In this document: piece by piece, positions 40,101 to 47,510 of the stretch | Position numbering within the stretch: position 1 is the first letter of the stretch | Layout: the number at the start of each line of letters is the position of its first letter | Assembly (NCBI GenBank): GCA_002633005.1 | Contig: NMRA01000150.1 | Coordinates: 338,152-402,151, forward strand | Direction of reading: 5' to 3' | DNA length: 64,000 nucleotides | DNA from: Phoronis australis | Taxonomy: Eukaryota > Animalia > Phoronida | The notes under the pieces: model-generated | Seen by the model: the letters and a program-made list of their open reading frames with translations, nothing else | Databases searched by the model: none | What the model was told of the DNA's origin: nothing | Translations under genes and position numbers: made by a program

Positions 40101-43100
40101 CAGGCCATTCGGAATATAGAATAGCTGTGTATTACAGAGACGCTGCCTCTTTCTCAATTCAGATGGGTTTGACACATTCTGCGCCATCTAATGCTCATTT
40201 TTATGATAGTGAAAACACCCATAGAATCACACCGTTTGCAGTGCTGTCGTGGGCACATTTCAATGCTCTGCGTTGCTCTTGTTTTTAACTCTGTTGTAGT
40301 CCTGAGGACTTGTTCTGTGGTTTTCCAAAAGAGTCTGCAACAAGATAAAACTGCAGTGGGGGCTCTTTCAGAAAAAAAAATTGAAAAAGACAGTCGCAGC
40401 CATTTTTTCACTCTGTAGGTCGCTAGTTGTTCACATAATTTATTCATATTTAACTCAGATTGACGTGTCTGAACTAATGCAGCCCTTACTACCCCCTGTC
40501 ATTGTGTACCTCATATGTTGACAGGTTGCCTAGTGAAGGCTGGTGATCCCCCTCCAGTCAACCTGACCCCTGTTGTAGTTCTGGGTAATCTCAACTCNTC
40601 GTTACTGTCGCATCGCTATTGTCTCATCGCTAGTGTCTCATCGCTAGTGTTCCAGACCTAGTGCCTCATCACGGTCGTCTCATCTCTATGGTATCTGTTA
40701 GACCTTCTGTGTTATATATCTTGATACATTTCTCTGTCAACAGATTGAACAGTTCAAGTCAGTCATACTGTATGGTCACAGTGGCACCTGTAAGACATAC
40801 TTGTCACAGGTACTAGCCTCATGTGTACAGGTACGTGAGAAGGCCTGTGGTAACTCTGCCTTGGTACATGTGGTCCCACTCACACCAGACATGACTCATC
40901 AACAGCTAGCAACTATACTGCGCGATAAAGGTGGGTGAGTTGTGTGCCCATGTGGGTGTGGGGAAGGATAGCGTGGGGCTGCTTTGTAATATCCTCCTTT
41001 TTCATTCTAATACAGTTGGTGGTTCTAGTGACTCAGTCCCAGAGCTTTGATTGAATTCATGTTGTATATACACTTGAAATGTAGTCATTGTGAATGGAAC
41101 AAATCTCATACAAACACTAACACCATTATAGACAGTATACCCACAGTCAGAGCTAAATAGTTCTTCCTGGCTTGATTTTGATTAATACTCTTTTTGATGT
41201 ATTGTTGTCATACCAAAACATATATTCTTATTTTCATCAAGGGTATCTTCATCAGTGCTAAGTTCTTTGTTCCCTGAGAAACAACCCTCTTTATACATGA
41301 GACTCCTCAACACATTCACCCCTTAGCAACCACGTTCATACTCTTAAGTTAAGATTGAACACTGACAGTCTGCTGGTCAACACACACCTTCACAAATGAG
41401 AGTTGCCAAGGTGAATCACTCTTCTATAGTGAAGTGCCATTGGTGTACTGGCAACTTATTGTCACAAGCTACTCTTATTCAAATGTTGTGTGCATTGCGA
41501 GGACTATTAGTGTAAAAGTCTCTTGACAAGATACAAGTGACACGTATTGAAATCTTGGGTAACTTTTATGGGCTGTTTTACAAAAATGCCTTGTGTTTCG
41601 CGAGTTAATTTTGGCATAAAACTGGAACTAAGTTAATAATCAAAAATTCCGAATAGTGTTTTTTCATTAATTGTATTTTCCTGAAATCGGCTAATAGGTT
41701 TCTATTGAGATGACAATAGACTCCTCCAATTTTCGGACAGATATGTTTTCTGTGCCACCTGTTGGCCATTTAAAAATGTTTGTGTATGTTTTGGACATCT
41801 GCTTGTCTATCTGCGAAACCACTCGAAGGATCATTATGAAAATTGACAGTTGTGTTCCTGATGCAAAGACCCCGGCTGATGTTGAGTTTTGGATGTTTTC
41901 GACAATTTTGGCTCCCCTTAGGGACAATTTTGTTTGTTTACATTCACTTCTGTATCTCCTTAACCTTTTGAAGTTTCTTTGCAAAATGTGCTTTATAGAG
42001 ATGGCAACAGACAACGATGAGTTTCAGGCCAATCGGAATATAGAATAGCTGTGTATTACAGAGACGCTGCCTCTTTCTCAATTCAGATGGGTTTGACACA
42101 TTCTGCGCCATCTAATGCTCATTTTTATGATAGTGAAAACACCCATAGAATCACACCGTTTGCAGTGCTGTCGTGGGCACATTTCAATGCTCTGCGTTGC
42201 TCTTGTTTTTAACTCTGTTGTAGTCCTGAGGACTTGTTCTGTAGTTTTCCAAAAGAGTCTGCAACAAGATAAAACTGCAGTGGGGGCTCTTTCAGAAAAA
42301 AGATTGAAAAAGACAGTCGCTGCCATTTTTTCACTCTGTGGGTCGCTAGTTGTTCACATAATTTATTCATATTTAACTCAGATTGAGGTGTCTGAACTAA
42401 TGCAGCCCTTACTACCCCCTGTCATTGTGTACCTCATATGTTGACAGGTTGCCTAGTGAAGGCTGGTGATCCCCCTCCAGTCAACCTGACCCCTGTTGTA
42501 GTTCTGGGTAATCTCAACTCTGTCAACCTAGCCAATGTGTTTGGTAACATTTTAACCTGTCTGGAACATCGAGGATCTGGTTGTACCATCACCATACCAA
42601 CAGGTAAACACTGAAGTTGTGGATACATGTGGGTGCATATGCCTATATAATGTGTGTTGTTGTCATCTCAGTTGAGGTAGTCGTCCTGTGGTGGAGACAT
42701 GCATCTACCCATGTATGTACCCATGTATGTACCCATGTATGTACCCATGTATGTACCCATGTATGTACCCAAGTGTGTATCAGTGTTCATTGTTGGAAGC
42801 ATGTATGACAACCCTCGACAATATGGCAATATCAAGTCATTGTTTGTGACCGGGAAAATTCCAGTTTACGATTTCGACATACCCTGTTACACAAACCCCT
42901 GGCGGCCAAACAAATTGTTGTCACATATGTTTTTTTTGTGTTGTGACACCCATATTTTCCATGGCAATGCGACTTGGCTCATAGGAGACCAGGCCATACA
43001 AGTGCTGTCAAAATCTCCTCGCACATTTCCAAATTTCAGGTCTCAAGTATGACCTCTAGCTGTATGCACCCCTGTGTATATGGGTGTCCAGTGGTGTTGC

Positions 43101-46100
43101 CCTTTATGTGAATGTCGGTGCATTTTGCTGCCCAGAGGGCCGTCTAGTGTTTGTGCTGATTCCTCCTCAAGTATTGTCTTCAACGTATAAGGAAATGTCT
43201 TCTAGTCAAGAAAAGCATGGTTGACCTTGCTTCACTGACAATGTTGAGTACTGTAATTTGTACCCCCTTGTGTTAATTCTAAATACACCAAGCTCCTTGG
43301 TGAAGCTTCATCAACGACCTTGTCACATATTTGTCTCTCACTGAGGCCAAATACAGTACATTTTTGCCTGACAGTATAGCAGCCAAATTTGGCATTTTCT
43401 GCTCTGTTCAGTACATCTTGTGCACAAACTTAACTGTATTTGTTGGCTTTGTTGCTGATAGTGTAATTCACATTGGATGTCCTTAGACTTGGTGTATTAG
43501 CTTGTTGTCTAGTAGTAATGTTTATAATGTGTGGACTGGTTGTAGTCCTGATGACTGTGCTGTTATACTTTCAGATGAGGGTGAAGTGAGTGTCTACCTT
43601 CAAGCGCACTGTTACATCATAGGCACCATGAACAGGACTAGGTGAGTGATCAACATGTGTTGAGTGAACAGGACTAGGTGAGTGGTCAACACATGTTGAG
43701 TGAACAGGGCTAGGTGAGTGATCAACACATGTTGAGTGAACAGGACTACGTGAGTGATCAACATGTGTTGAGTGAACAGGACTAGATGAGTGATCAACAT
43801 GTGTTGAGTGAACAGGACTAGGTGAGTGATCAACATGTGTTGAGTGAACAGGACTAGGTGAGTGATCAACATGTGTTGAGTAACAAGGCCTAGGTGAGTG
43901 ATCAACATGTGTTGAGTGAACAGGGCTATGTGAGTGGTTAATACATGTTCAGTCACCAGGGGTAGGTGAGTGATCAACACATGTTCAGTGCCAGTTGATT
44001 CAAGACTATCATGAAATGAACGCCTGTTAAGCTTGCTTTGCTGGTCTGTCTTGAGCTTTTAATGTTTACTTGAAATGTCAATGAATGTCATTATTTGTCT
44101 GCATGCTTCATTCATTCGTCCACTTAACAATAGACTTATAGGTGTTCAGTTAGCTTATAGGTGTTAAACTTTTTTGTGTCCAACTACAGTTAAGTTTCTC
44201 ATGAATTTCAAGTGAAATGTAATTATGATTCAGACCCAATATTTCATTAAATTAAAGCAATAAGTCTGTTGTATACTATTTGCACCCAGTGTTCTATTTC
44301 ACTGACCTCTAACCTGCAGGTCATCAGGACTTGACCTCTCTGTCCAGCGCAGTTTCCGCTGGCTTCACTGTCAGCTGGACAGTGAGCCGGTCAAGGGCCT
44401 CTTGTCACGTCATCTCTACAGGCGTTACCTACACAAACACGCTGGTGTAGAGGCCAGTGGTCTGCTGGTCTCAGCCATCCGTTGGGTGACCAGTGTCCAG
44501 TACCGTCTCAACGAAGGCCTAGATAAGTTGGGTCTGCCAGAGCTTGTATTTGGACCGGGTCATTTTCTGTGCTGTCCAGTAGAGGTCAATATGTCAAAGG
44601 CTGTACTGAGGTGAGTGATGTGAAAGTCAACAGAGGTCAGGTGCCACAGGGGGCTGTGTTGCAAGTAAGCTTCATTCTAACACTTTCATTCAGGTCGTCC
44701 CAAATGCGTTTGTCTTCTGACTAAAACTTAGTTGACTAGCTTTGATATTGTTGAAAACTATTGTATGATTATATGGAAAGTTGAGCTTTTTTGAGTTAAA
44801 CGTGATTTAACTTGCACAGCTAGTTAGCAGACTTTGGGAAATTTCCAGGTATACACATTATTACTGTTCTATTTTGGTTCCCTTTATTGAAACCTTGTTA
44901 ATGAAGACTGCAGTGGATTCATTCCTTTATACCTGTAGATGGCTTGTACAACTGTGGAACCACATGATAGCGCCAAAGGTGATTGAGGCAGTCAGTAAAA
45001 ACTCGGACTCCAATGGTCAACAGAAAGTAGCTAGCACCGTGCTGTATGTTCTCCTACAGAGGGCAGTAGTGCCTGGCTGTCCACTCACTGGTCAAGGTTT
45101 GTGGACATTTGTTGTGTAGTTAGTGGTACTAGACTTCACTGACATACAATTATGATGAAGCATGTAAATTTCGCAATTAGCTCTGTGAAAACTGTGTTGG
45201 CATTATGTTATGAAAATGTTAGAAATATATTGAGAAATGTTTGTAGGCATTACATTTTAAAAATATTAAGAGTATATTGAGGGTTGTTTCACACAATGGC
45301 AAGTGTTGAATGTTATGACTTATTTTTTTTGACTAACAAAAATGTGAACGGAAGGGTGGTATTTGTGACCATAAGGGTGGTATTTGTGACCATAACGGTG
45401 ATGTTTGTGACCGTAGGGGTGATATTTTGACCATAAGGGCGATATCTGTGACCAAAAGGGCGATATTTGTGACCATAATTGCAATATATGTGACCATAAG
45501 CGTGATATTTGTGACCGTAAGGATGATATTTGTGACCATAAGGGTGATATTTGTGACTTAAACACATGATTTTTATTACATGTTACTTTGACATGTGTGG
45601 TCCACAAGAGCAGAGCTCTGTGCAACTGTAATGAGGTGTAAATACAAGCATAGTCCAAACAAAAGTTTCATGGTCAGTCATACTTCATTTTGTAGAAAAG
45701 GAGAGATACTTGTCGAGTTTCCAGGGGAGTGGTGAAAATGACAAGAGGCGCAGTGAAAGTCCAGAGTTGTCCAGGTAGACATTCCTTCACTCTCATTATA
45801 AATATCTTAATTCGACATTCATCTTAGTACAGTTATATTGATTACTGACGTTGGATTTCAATGTTAGTTCTTTCTGAAGAGTAAGCAATGTTTATAACGT
45901 ACAACTACTTGTTTTGCCAATTTCGTTTTATTTAAATGGTCTCAAGTCCATGGGCTTATTTATAACACTGTTTAATCTTCTCTTTGTTTTCAGTTCCACC
46001 AAGGAGCCCATGGCTCCGCGCTCATCCAGTTTCTCTGGTGTGGTCAACCCTAGCACACCTCGTCGTCCTGACCCGTCCCCATCCTACCTGGCAAAGTCAC

Positions 46101-46273
46101 AACCCAACCTGACAGCACCTCTAACTGTCAGGACCACTGAATTAGGCACGCCCCTGTTCACACCCTTGTCACCCAAGAGCCCAACCTTACGTTCTGTTCA
46201 AAGTCCCAGCCTAAGTCATCGACTGCGTACAGAGTTTTTCAAGGACCTGTCTCCGCCTAGTGGAGATGCATGA
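10398..46273 (+). CDS. CTTNBP2: Cortactin-binding protein 2, long form (N-terminal coiled coil, ankyrin repeats, degenerate AAA/NAV-like domain); spliced, partly in an assembly gap
   Basis: Exons 10398-10460, 14361-14462, 22621-22860, 23257-23364, 24691->25121 (gap), 26494-26590, 31132-31414, 32014-32164, 32523-32702, 33370-33487, 34200-34472, 36039-36134, 36928-37007, 38806-38992 (second copy 40744-40930), 42448-42603, 43575-43641, 44320-44610, 44939-45096, 45696-45774, 45994-46273; all resolved introns GT-AG with matching phases. Hallmarks: LLSYLEGELQARDVVIAALK, YGRFGLGDPFHALQRD, HAQDTAQGDDVTMLLEKERERL, GWTPVHA, FRWLHCQLDSEPVKGLL, WLVQLWNHMIAPKV. Confidence 0.95.
11170..12491 (-). mobile_element. 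Decayed hAT-like element (terminus plus N-terminal zinc-finger remnant)
   Basis: End ...tccgatggccgacgattagcaaaatctct resembles hAT termini; minus-strand remnant STNFRTLNFVRHCENTESC resembles the TTF-type zinc finger of hAT transposases. Other end not found. Confidence 0.4.
12518..13898. mobile_element. Non-autonomous Tc1/mariner-pogo-like TIR element carrying a HIRAN-domain pseudogene
   Basis: Left TIR (TA)CAGTATTTACCCTAATAAGCACCCA; right TIR reverse complement CCCTATTCGCCCTAATAAGCGTCCA; subterminal taagcgccc repeats. Confidence 0.8.
12665..12966 (-). pseudogene. HIRAN-like domain remnant (frameshifted)
   Basis: SSIRGFHEYKEIWIPV / frameshift / NPFDKYATSVLKGQTIIGHVPRKISKTFAFVLKHSESLECIVTAKYRHSGQAPDLQIPC fits the HIRAN pattern RGxHxY...NxxDxxA...GHVP. 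Confidence 0.75.
14361..14462 (+). CDS. CTTNBP2: CTTNBP2 exon 2 (RHPKMELNKTDLLKLLSYLEGELQARDVVIAALK)
   Basis: ctccag acceptor, AAG|GTGAGC donor, conserved CortBP2 N-terminal motif. Confidence 0.95.
15361..16239 (+). CDS. Unassigned 292-aa acidic ORF nested in CTTNBP2 intron 2
   Basis: 879-nt stop-free frame in an AT-rich intron; D/E-rich; three copies of L-x-[DE]-L-[TS]-x-F-[LF]-D; in-frame phase-0 AG at 15317-15318. Confidence 0.5.
   Translation: MSRPLDDLSGLASLSDLTQFLDQCGDDSDDDESGDYFCVNVSEGNGEDGVCEDDEPGLSAMQSLEELSEFLDHCQEDEFEDVMEAEFYGDGKKEGYREGGRERYREGGRGSYCNTPNVVCTSKSPAKLKHTGMDARMVDDEVSKTSSRSESGTYEGVSHSVYNDVNEGPACYTDDSPCVIDVKSSQQVTRPNMQDASCMNDCDTHYEANCTVHYWNSVNTEIPNDENFTTADSRCESRFETNIDGPSSGTQGLIYTRVNKEISYNILLTFLGALNELTDFFDKLSTKQVPVL
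16313..16748. repeat. 44-50-bp minisatellite (~9 copies)
   Basis: Unit tgtctgtaccctgttagtactaatattgtgtctgccttgagtggtcagtg. Confidence 0.9.
18263..18415. repeat. 14-bp minisatellite (aataagtatacacc); shorter copy at ~20635-20690
   Basis: Direct inspection; copy number differs between the two duplicated segments. Confidence 0.9.
19091..19147 (-). mobile_element. tRNA-derived SINE head, truncated at the N
   Basis: Minus strand GTCGTGGTGGTGCAGTGGTAAAGCACGCGCG...GGTCGTGAGTTCG shows A- and B-box-like motifs. Confidence 0.55.
19150..19632. mobile_element. One end of a hAT-like DNA element present in only one haplotype copy
   Basis: Ends ...gcccgaagggcaagtggcataaaaagttaatgttgagccCTG immediately before ccagtcct, where homology to 17253 resumes. 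Confidence 0.6.
22621..22860 (+). CDS. CTTNBP2: CTTNBP2 exon 3
   Basis: ADKAKQFLYQAKYGRFGLGDPFHALQRD...RYHK; 240 nt, phase 0/0. Confidence 0.95.
23257..23364 (+). CDS. CTTNBP2: CTTNBP2 exon 4
   Basis: VCSELEDEKRKHAQDTAQGDDVTMLLEKERERLRNE. Confidence 0.95.
23644..23932. repeat. 95-bp tandem repeat x3
   Basis: ccatgtagatgtaggaatgtgcaggtgaat... at 23644, 23739, 23834. Confidence 0.9.
24691..25121 (+). CDS. CTTNBP2: CTTNBP2 exon 5 (coiled coil), truncated by the gap
   Basis: VDFEKSQNKK...FDIEREQLKARLGREE...GGGSGNSGGGQG then Ns. Confidence 0.9.
25122..25781. other. Assembly gap (660 N) inside CTTNBP2
   Basis: N run. Confidence 1.
25782..26110. repeat. 33-bp degenerate minisatellite
   Basis: Unit tacacaccagcccctgtccctgtgtactcactg. 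Confidence 0.85.
26494..26590 (+). CDS. CTTNBP2: CTTNBP2 exon (LPGGAPTLDSTDLDFIGPEMADLQQLLVSMAT)
   Basis: tgtctttcag acceptor, CAG|GTAACC donor; phase 1 matches the 31132 exon. Confidence 0.75.
27491..28532. repeat. 38-bp minisatellite, ~27 copies
   Basis: Unit gtcactacagaacacaacacactgatagcacaagtcat, head-to-tail, no spacers. Confidence 0.95.
28580..28593 (+). CDS. CTTNBP2: Candidate alternative last exon of CTTNBP2 (GLSK-stop), giving a short isoform
   Basis: Long pyrimidine tract tgttctctttcctccatcctgtttttcattgtttcag, phase 1 compatible, TGA at 28591; AATAAA at ~30546. Confidence 0.5.
31132..31414 (+). CDS. CTTNBP2: CTTNBP2 ankyrin exon
   Basis: GQTAVHCASKTGHTHCLQLLLQYGA...GFTALQYAAQAGH. 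Confidence 0.9.
31404..31590. repeat. 64-bp x3 repeat that includes the exon end and donor
   Basis: ggacatgct[g/c]agt... at 31404, 31468, 31532. Confidence 0.8.
32014..32164 (+). CDS. CTTNBP2: CTTNBP2 ankyrin exon
   Basis: CVQVLLHHGCDVQNTDMSGRTALYLAGQAGHSEVCKVLLQHGSRLDIKTQ. Confidence 0.9.
32523..32702 (+). CDS. CTTNBP2: CTTNBP2 ankyrin exon
   Basis: AGWTPVHATVQAGH...DKDGWTIAHLAAIRDSE. Confidence 0.9.
32862..33156. mobile_element. Foldback (palindromic) MITE with ~130-bp inverted arms
   Basis: Left aagatcccttttggaactgaaaagc...tacagccatttcatccatatctcac...cgccctctttggatgtggaat; right arm is the imperfect reverse complement. Confidence 0.8.
33370..33487 (+). CDS. CTTNBP2: CTTNBP2 exon
   Basis: DCLRLVLDLCDPDLQLEDKWGRNVQQVASLRCRQLIESR. 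Confidence 0.9.
33494..33841. repeat. 43-45-bp minisatellite starting just after the donor
   Basis: Unit gtagtgttcagttattgatgacatgtctcacttacagtagtgtct. Confidence 0.9.
34200..34472 (+). CDS. CTTNBP2: CTTNBP2 exon
   Basis: ENKSEKNCAVV...TTWAELEESLDHMITSHL...LGLSLDSVKHYSI; phase 1/1. Confidence 0.9.
35092..35118 (+). CDS. CTTNBP2: Candidate 27-nt microexon (GSVCWKPKQ) or start of an alternative last exon
   Basis: Strong acceptor cactcctcttttttgtctcttactatag and donor AAA|GTAAGA; phase 1/1. Confidence 0.45.
36039..36134 (+). CDS. CTTNBP2: CTTNBP2 exon
   Basis: GLHTWSPGTPSSHSPFEILANNDQRQIHVTLF; donor TTG|GTGAGT. Confidence 0.85.
36170..36652. repeat. 31-bp minisatellite (~15 copies)
   Basis: Unit tagctagctgtggttcaagtagcctggtaca. 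Confidence 0.9.
36928..37007 (+). CDS. CTTNBP2: CTTNBP2 exon
   Basis: GWDDQCQDSLAYETLISSNTLQGYIRV. Confidence 0.9.
37049..37157. repeat. (GT)n microsatellite
   Basis: Direct. Confidence 0.95.
37170..38389. mobile_element. PIF/Harbinger-like non-autonomous element
   Basis: TIR CAGCCGATATCACAAAGGTGGTTTAA vs reverse complement CAGCTGATTTCATAAAGGTGGTTTAA; 3-bp TSD TAG on both sides; many aaacctggt subrepeats. Confidence 0.8.
37789..37999. mobile_element. MITE with 5-bp TSD nested in the Harbinger-like element (contains a 70-N gap)
   Basis: CATAGGCGGATCC...GAATCTGCCCCTG flanked by CTACG on both sides. Confidence 0.7.
38504..38750. repeat. 14-bp minisatellite (tgtctcatcgctag)
   Basis: Direct. 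Confidence 0.85.
38806..38992 (+). CDS. CTTNBP2: CTTNBP2 P-loop-like exon (haplotype copy A)
   Basis: IEQFKSVILYGHSGTCKTYLSQVLASCVQ...LRDK. Confidence 0.85.
40744..40930 (+). CDS. CTTNBP2: CTTNBP2 P-loop-like exon (haplotype copy B)
   Basis: Same peptide as 38806-38992; the two differences seen (CTG/TTG, CGT/CGC) are synonymous. Confidence 0.85.
42448..42603 (+). CDS. CTTNBP2: CTTNBP2 exon (partial copy at 40525-40597)
   Basis: GCLVKAGDPPPVNLTPVVVLGNLNSVNLANVFGNILTCLEHRGSGCTITIPT. Confidence 0.9.
42696..42772. repeat. 12-bp repeat (acccatgtatgt)
   Basis: Direct. Confidence 0.9.
43575..43641 (+). CDS. CTTNBP2: CTTNBP2 exon
   Basis: DEGEVSVYLQAHCYIIGTMNRT; IIGTMN is the AAA sensor-1-like strand. 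Confidence 0.9.
43629..43985. repeat. 36-bp minisatellite, most units carrying AG|GTGAGT
   Basis: Unit tgaacaggactaggtgagtgatcaacatgtgttgag, ~10 copies, first copy overlaps the exon end. Confidence 0.95.
44320..44610 (+). CDS. CTTNBP2: CTTNBP2 exon
   Basis: SSGLDLSVQRSFRWLHCQLDSEPVKGLL...FGPGHFLCCPV. Confidence 0.95.
44939..45096 (+). CDS. CTTNBP2: CTTNBP2 exon
   Basis: WLVQLWNHMIAPKVIEAV...LLQRAVVPGCPL. Confidence 0.95.
45353..45558. repeat. 21-bp minisatellite
   Basis: Unit atttgtgaccataagggtgat. Confidence 0.9.
45696..45774 (+). CDS. CTTNBP2: CTTNBP2 exon
   Basis: EKERYLSSFQGSGENDKRRSESPELS; phases 1/2 fit the neighbours. Confidence 0.8.
45994..46273 (+). CDS. CTTNBP2: CTTNBP2 terminal coding exon (S/P-rich tail)
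   Basis: ctctttgttttcag acceptor, STKEPMAPRSSS...PPSGDA-stop; AATAAA at 48081 is a plausible polyA signal. Confidence 0.8.
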
Positions 46274-47198
46274 GCTTTCATTGGCTGTCTTAACTCGTCT
46301 TTTATTGATCTACTTGTGTTTGAGCACCCTGTCGCCGTTGGTTGCAAATCATCTGCTCATCTTCATTACATACTCATTCAACATCGCCATCTAGTGTTAG
46401 AATATTATAATGTATGACTCAACATTGAGAGTTTATTTCCACATGATATGGACAAATTGCGAGGACTTGAGTTTTGGTGCCCTTAGTATTTAGAAAAACT
46501 TAATGTATTATAACTGTGCTAATGTTAACGTGATGATATTTAACAGTGTATAGTGACACTGTTTTTGATGTTAAGTAGATTTACTGCAGATGACCTGTTG
46601 TCATGGTGCTTGCAATTAACAGAAAACTTTCAAGTCAGAAATGTGGAAAGCTTTTTAAGTGCAGGATTTTGATGTTATAGATTTTATTTTCTAGACATAT
46701 ACTATGGGGTTTATTGCAATCTTTGTGGCCCGTGTGAAACCACCATCACCTTTTTGTCCCGCCTCTAGAGCAATTTGGTAGTGTTTCATTTTATCAAGCA
46801 ATTTACATATTTTTGTGGGTGGTGAGAATTCCGTTCCTTTAGATGTTTATTAGTTAATAACTTTGTAGCGGGAGGATTTTAACGCGTGAAGATTTATAGA
46901 AGATTATTATTTGTTGAAAGGTTTGATGTATTTATTGTTTATTAGTGGTTGAAAACCACTTTTGTTTGTAGCAATTACTTGAGGGAATGTAGTGCAGCAA
47001 GCTGTAGTTAGAAAGGTGATACATCCATCCAAAGGATTTATTTTTTAGAAAAAAATCAGGAATTTCCAGTAACTTGGAGTGTAGAGTGTTTGTTGCTAGT
47101 CTTTATATAGTGCTGAAGAATGCTACAAAATTTTGTTTTAACATTTTTTTCTAAAACACTGTATTGTGTCCCAATTATTGTAGTAGCAAGTCTATGTG

Positions 47199-47510
47199 CG
47201 GTGGCGGATTTAGGAGGGGGGGCAAGGGGCCCCCTAAAATTCTACCAGATACCATTTGGCAGTTCGGGTGCGAATTGCTGACTAGCATATACGCGCATCC
47301 AGGTGGGCTTGGAGGGTGAATAAACAATGCACAGGCCCTGAACAAACCCCATTTACCGTTTTTTTTTTTTTTTTAGTCAAATGGCCCGCAGACCTAAAAA
47401 TTCGAGATCCCTGCATCCCTACAGTTTAGGCTGGGGGCATGTGTCTTCCGAAATTTTGGTTATTCCTGTGTCCTGGCCCCCCCTAACTCAAAATCCTGGA
47501 TCCGCCCCTG
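47199..47510. mobile_element. MITE with 5-bp TSD in the putative CTTNBP2 3' UTR
   Basis: CGGTGGCGGATTTAGG...CCTGGATCCGCCCCTG flanked by ATGTG on both sides. Confidence 0.85.

Noticed and set aside
39767-40447. Overlapping 75-112 aa ORFs on both strands, repeated at 41691-42444
   Set aside because: No recognisable domain; frames differ between the two copies; probably a non-coding repeat in an intron.
38630-42519. Tandem duplication of two CTTNBP2 exons (mutually exclusive exons)
   Set aside because: Copies include introns, are near-identical, and break at a single N mid-exon (40598); best explained as a haplotype overlap.
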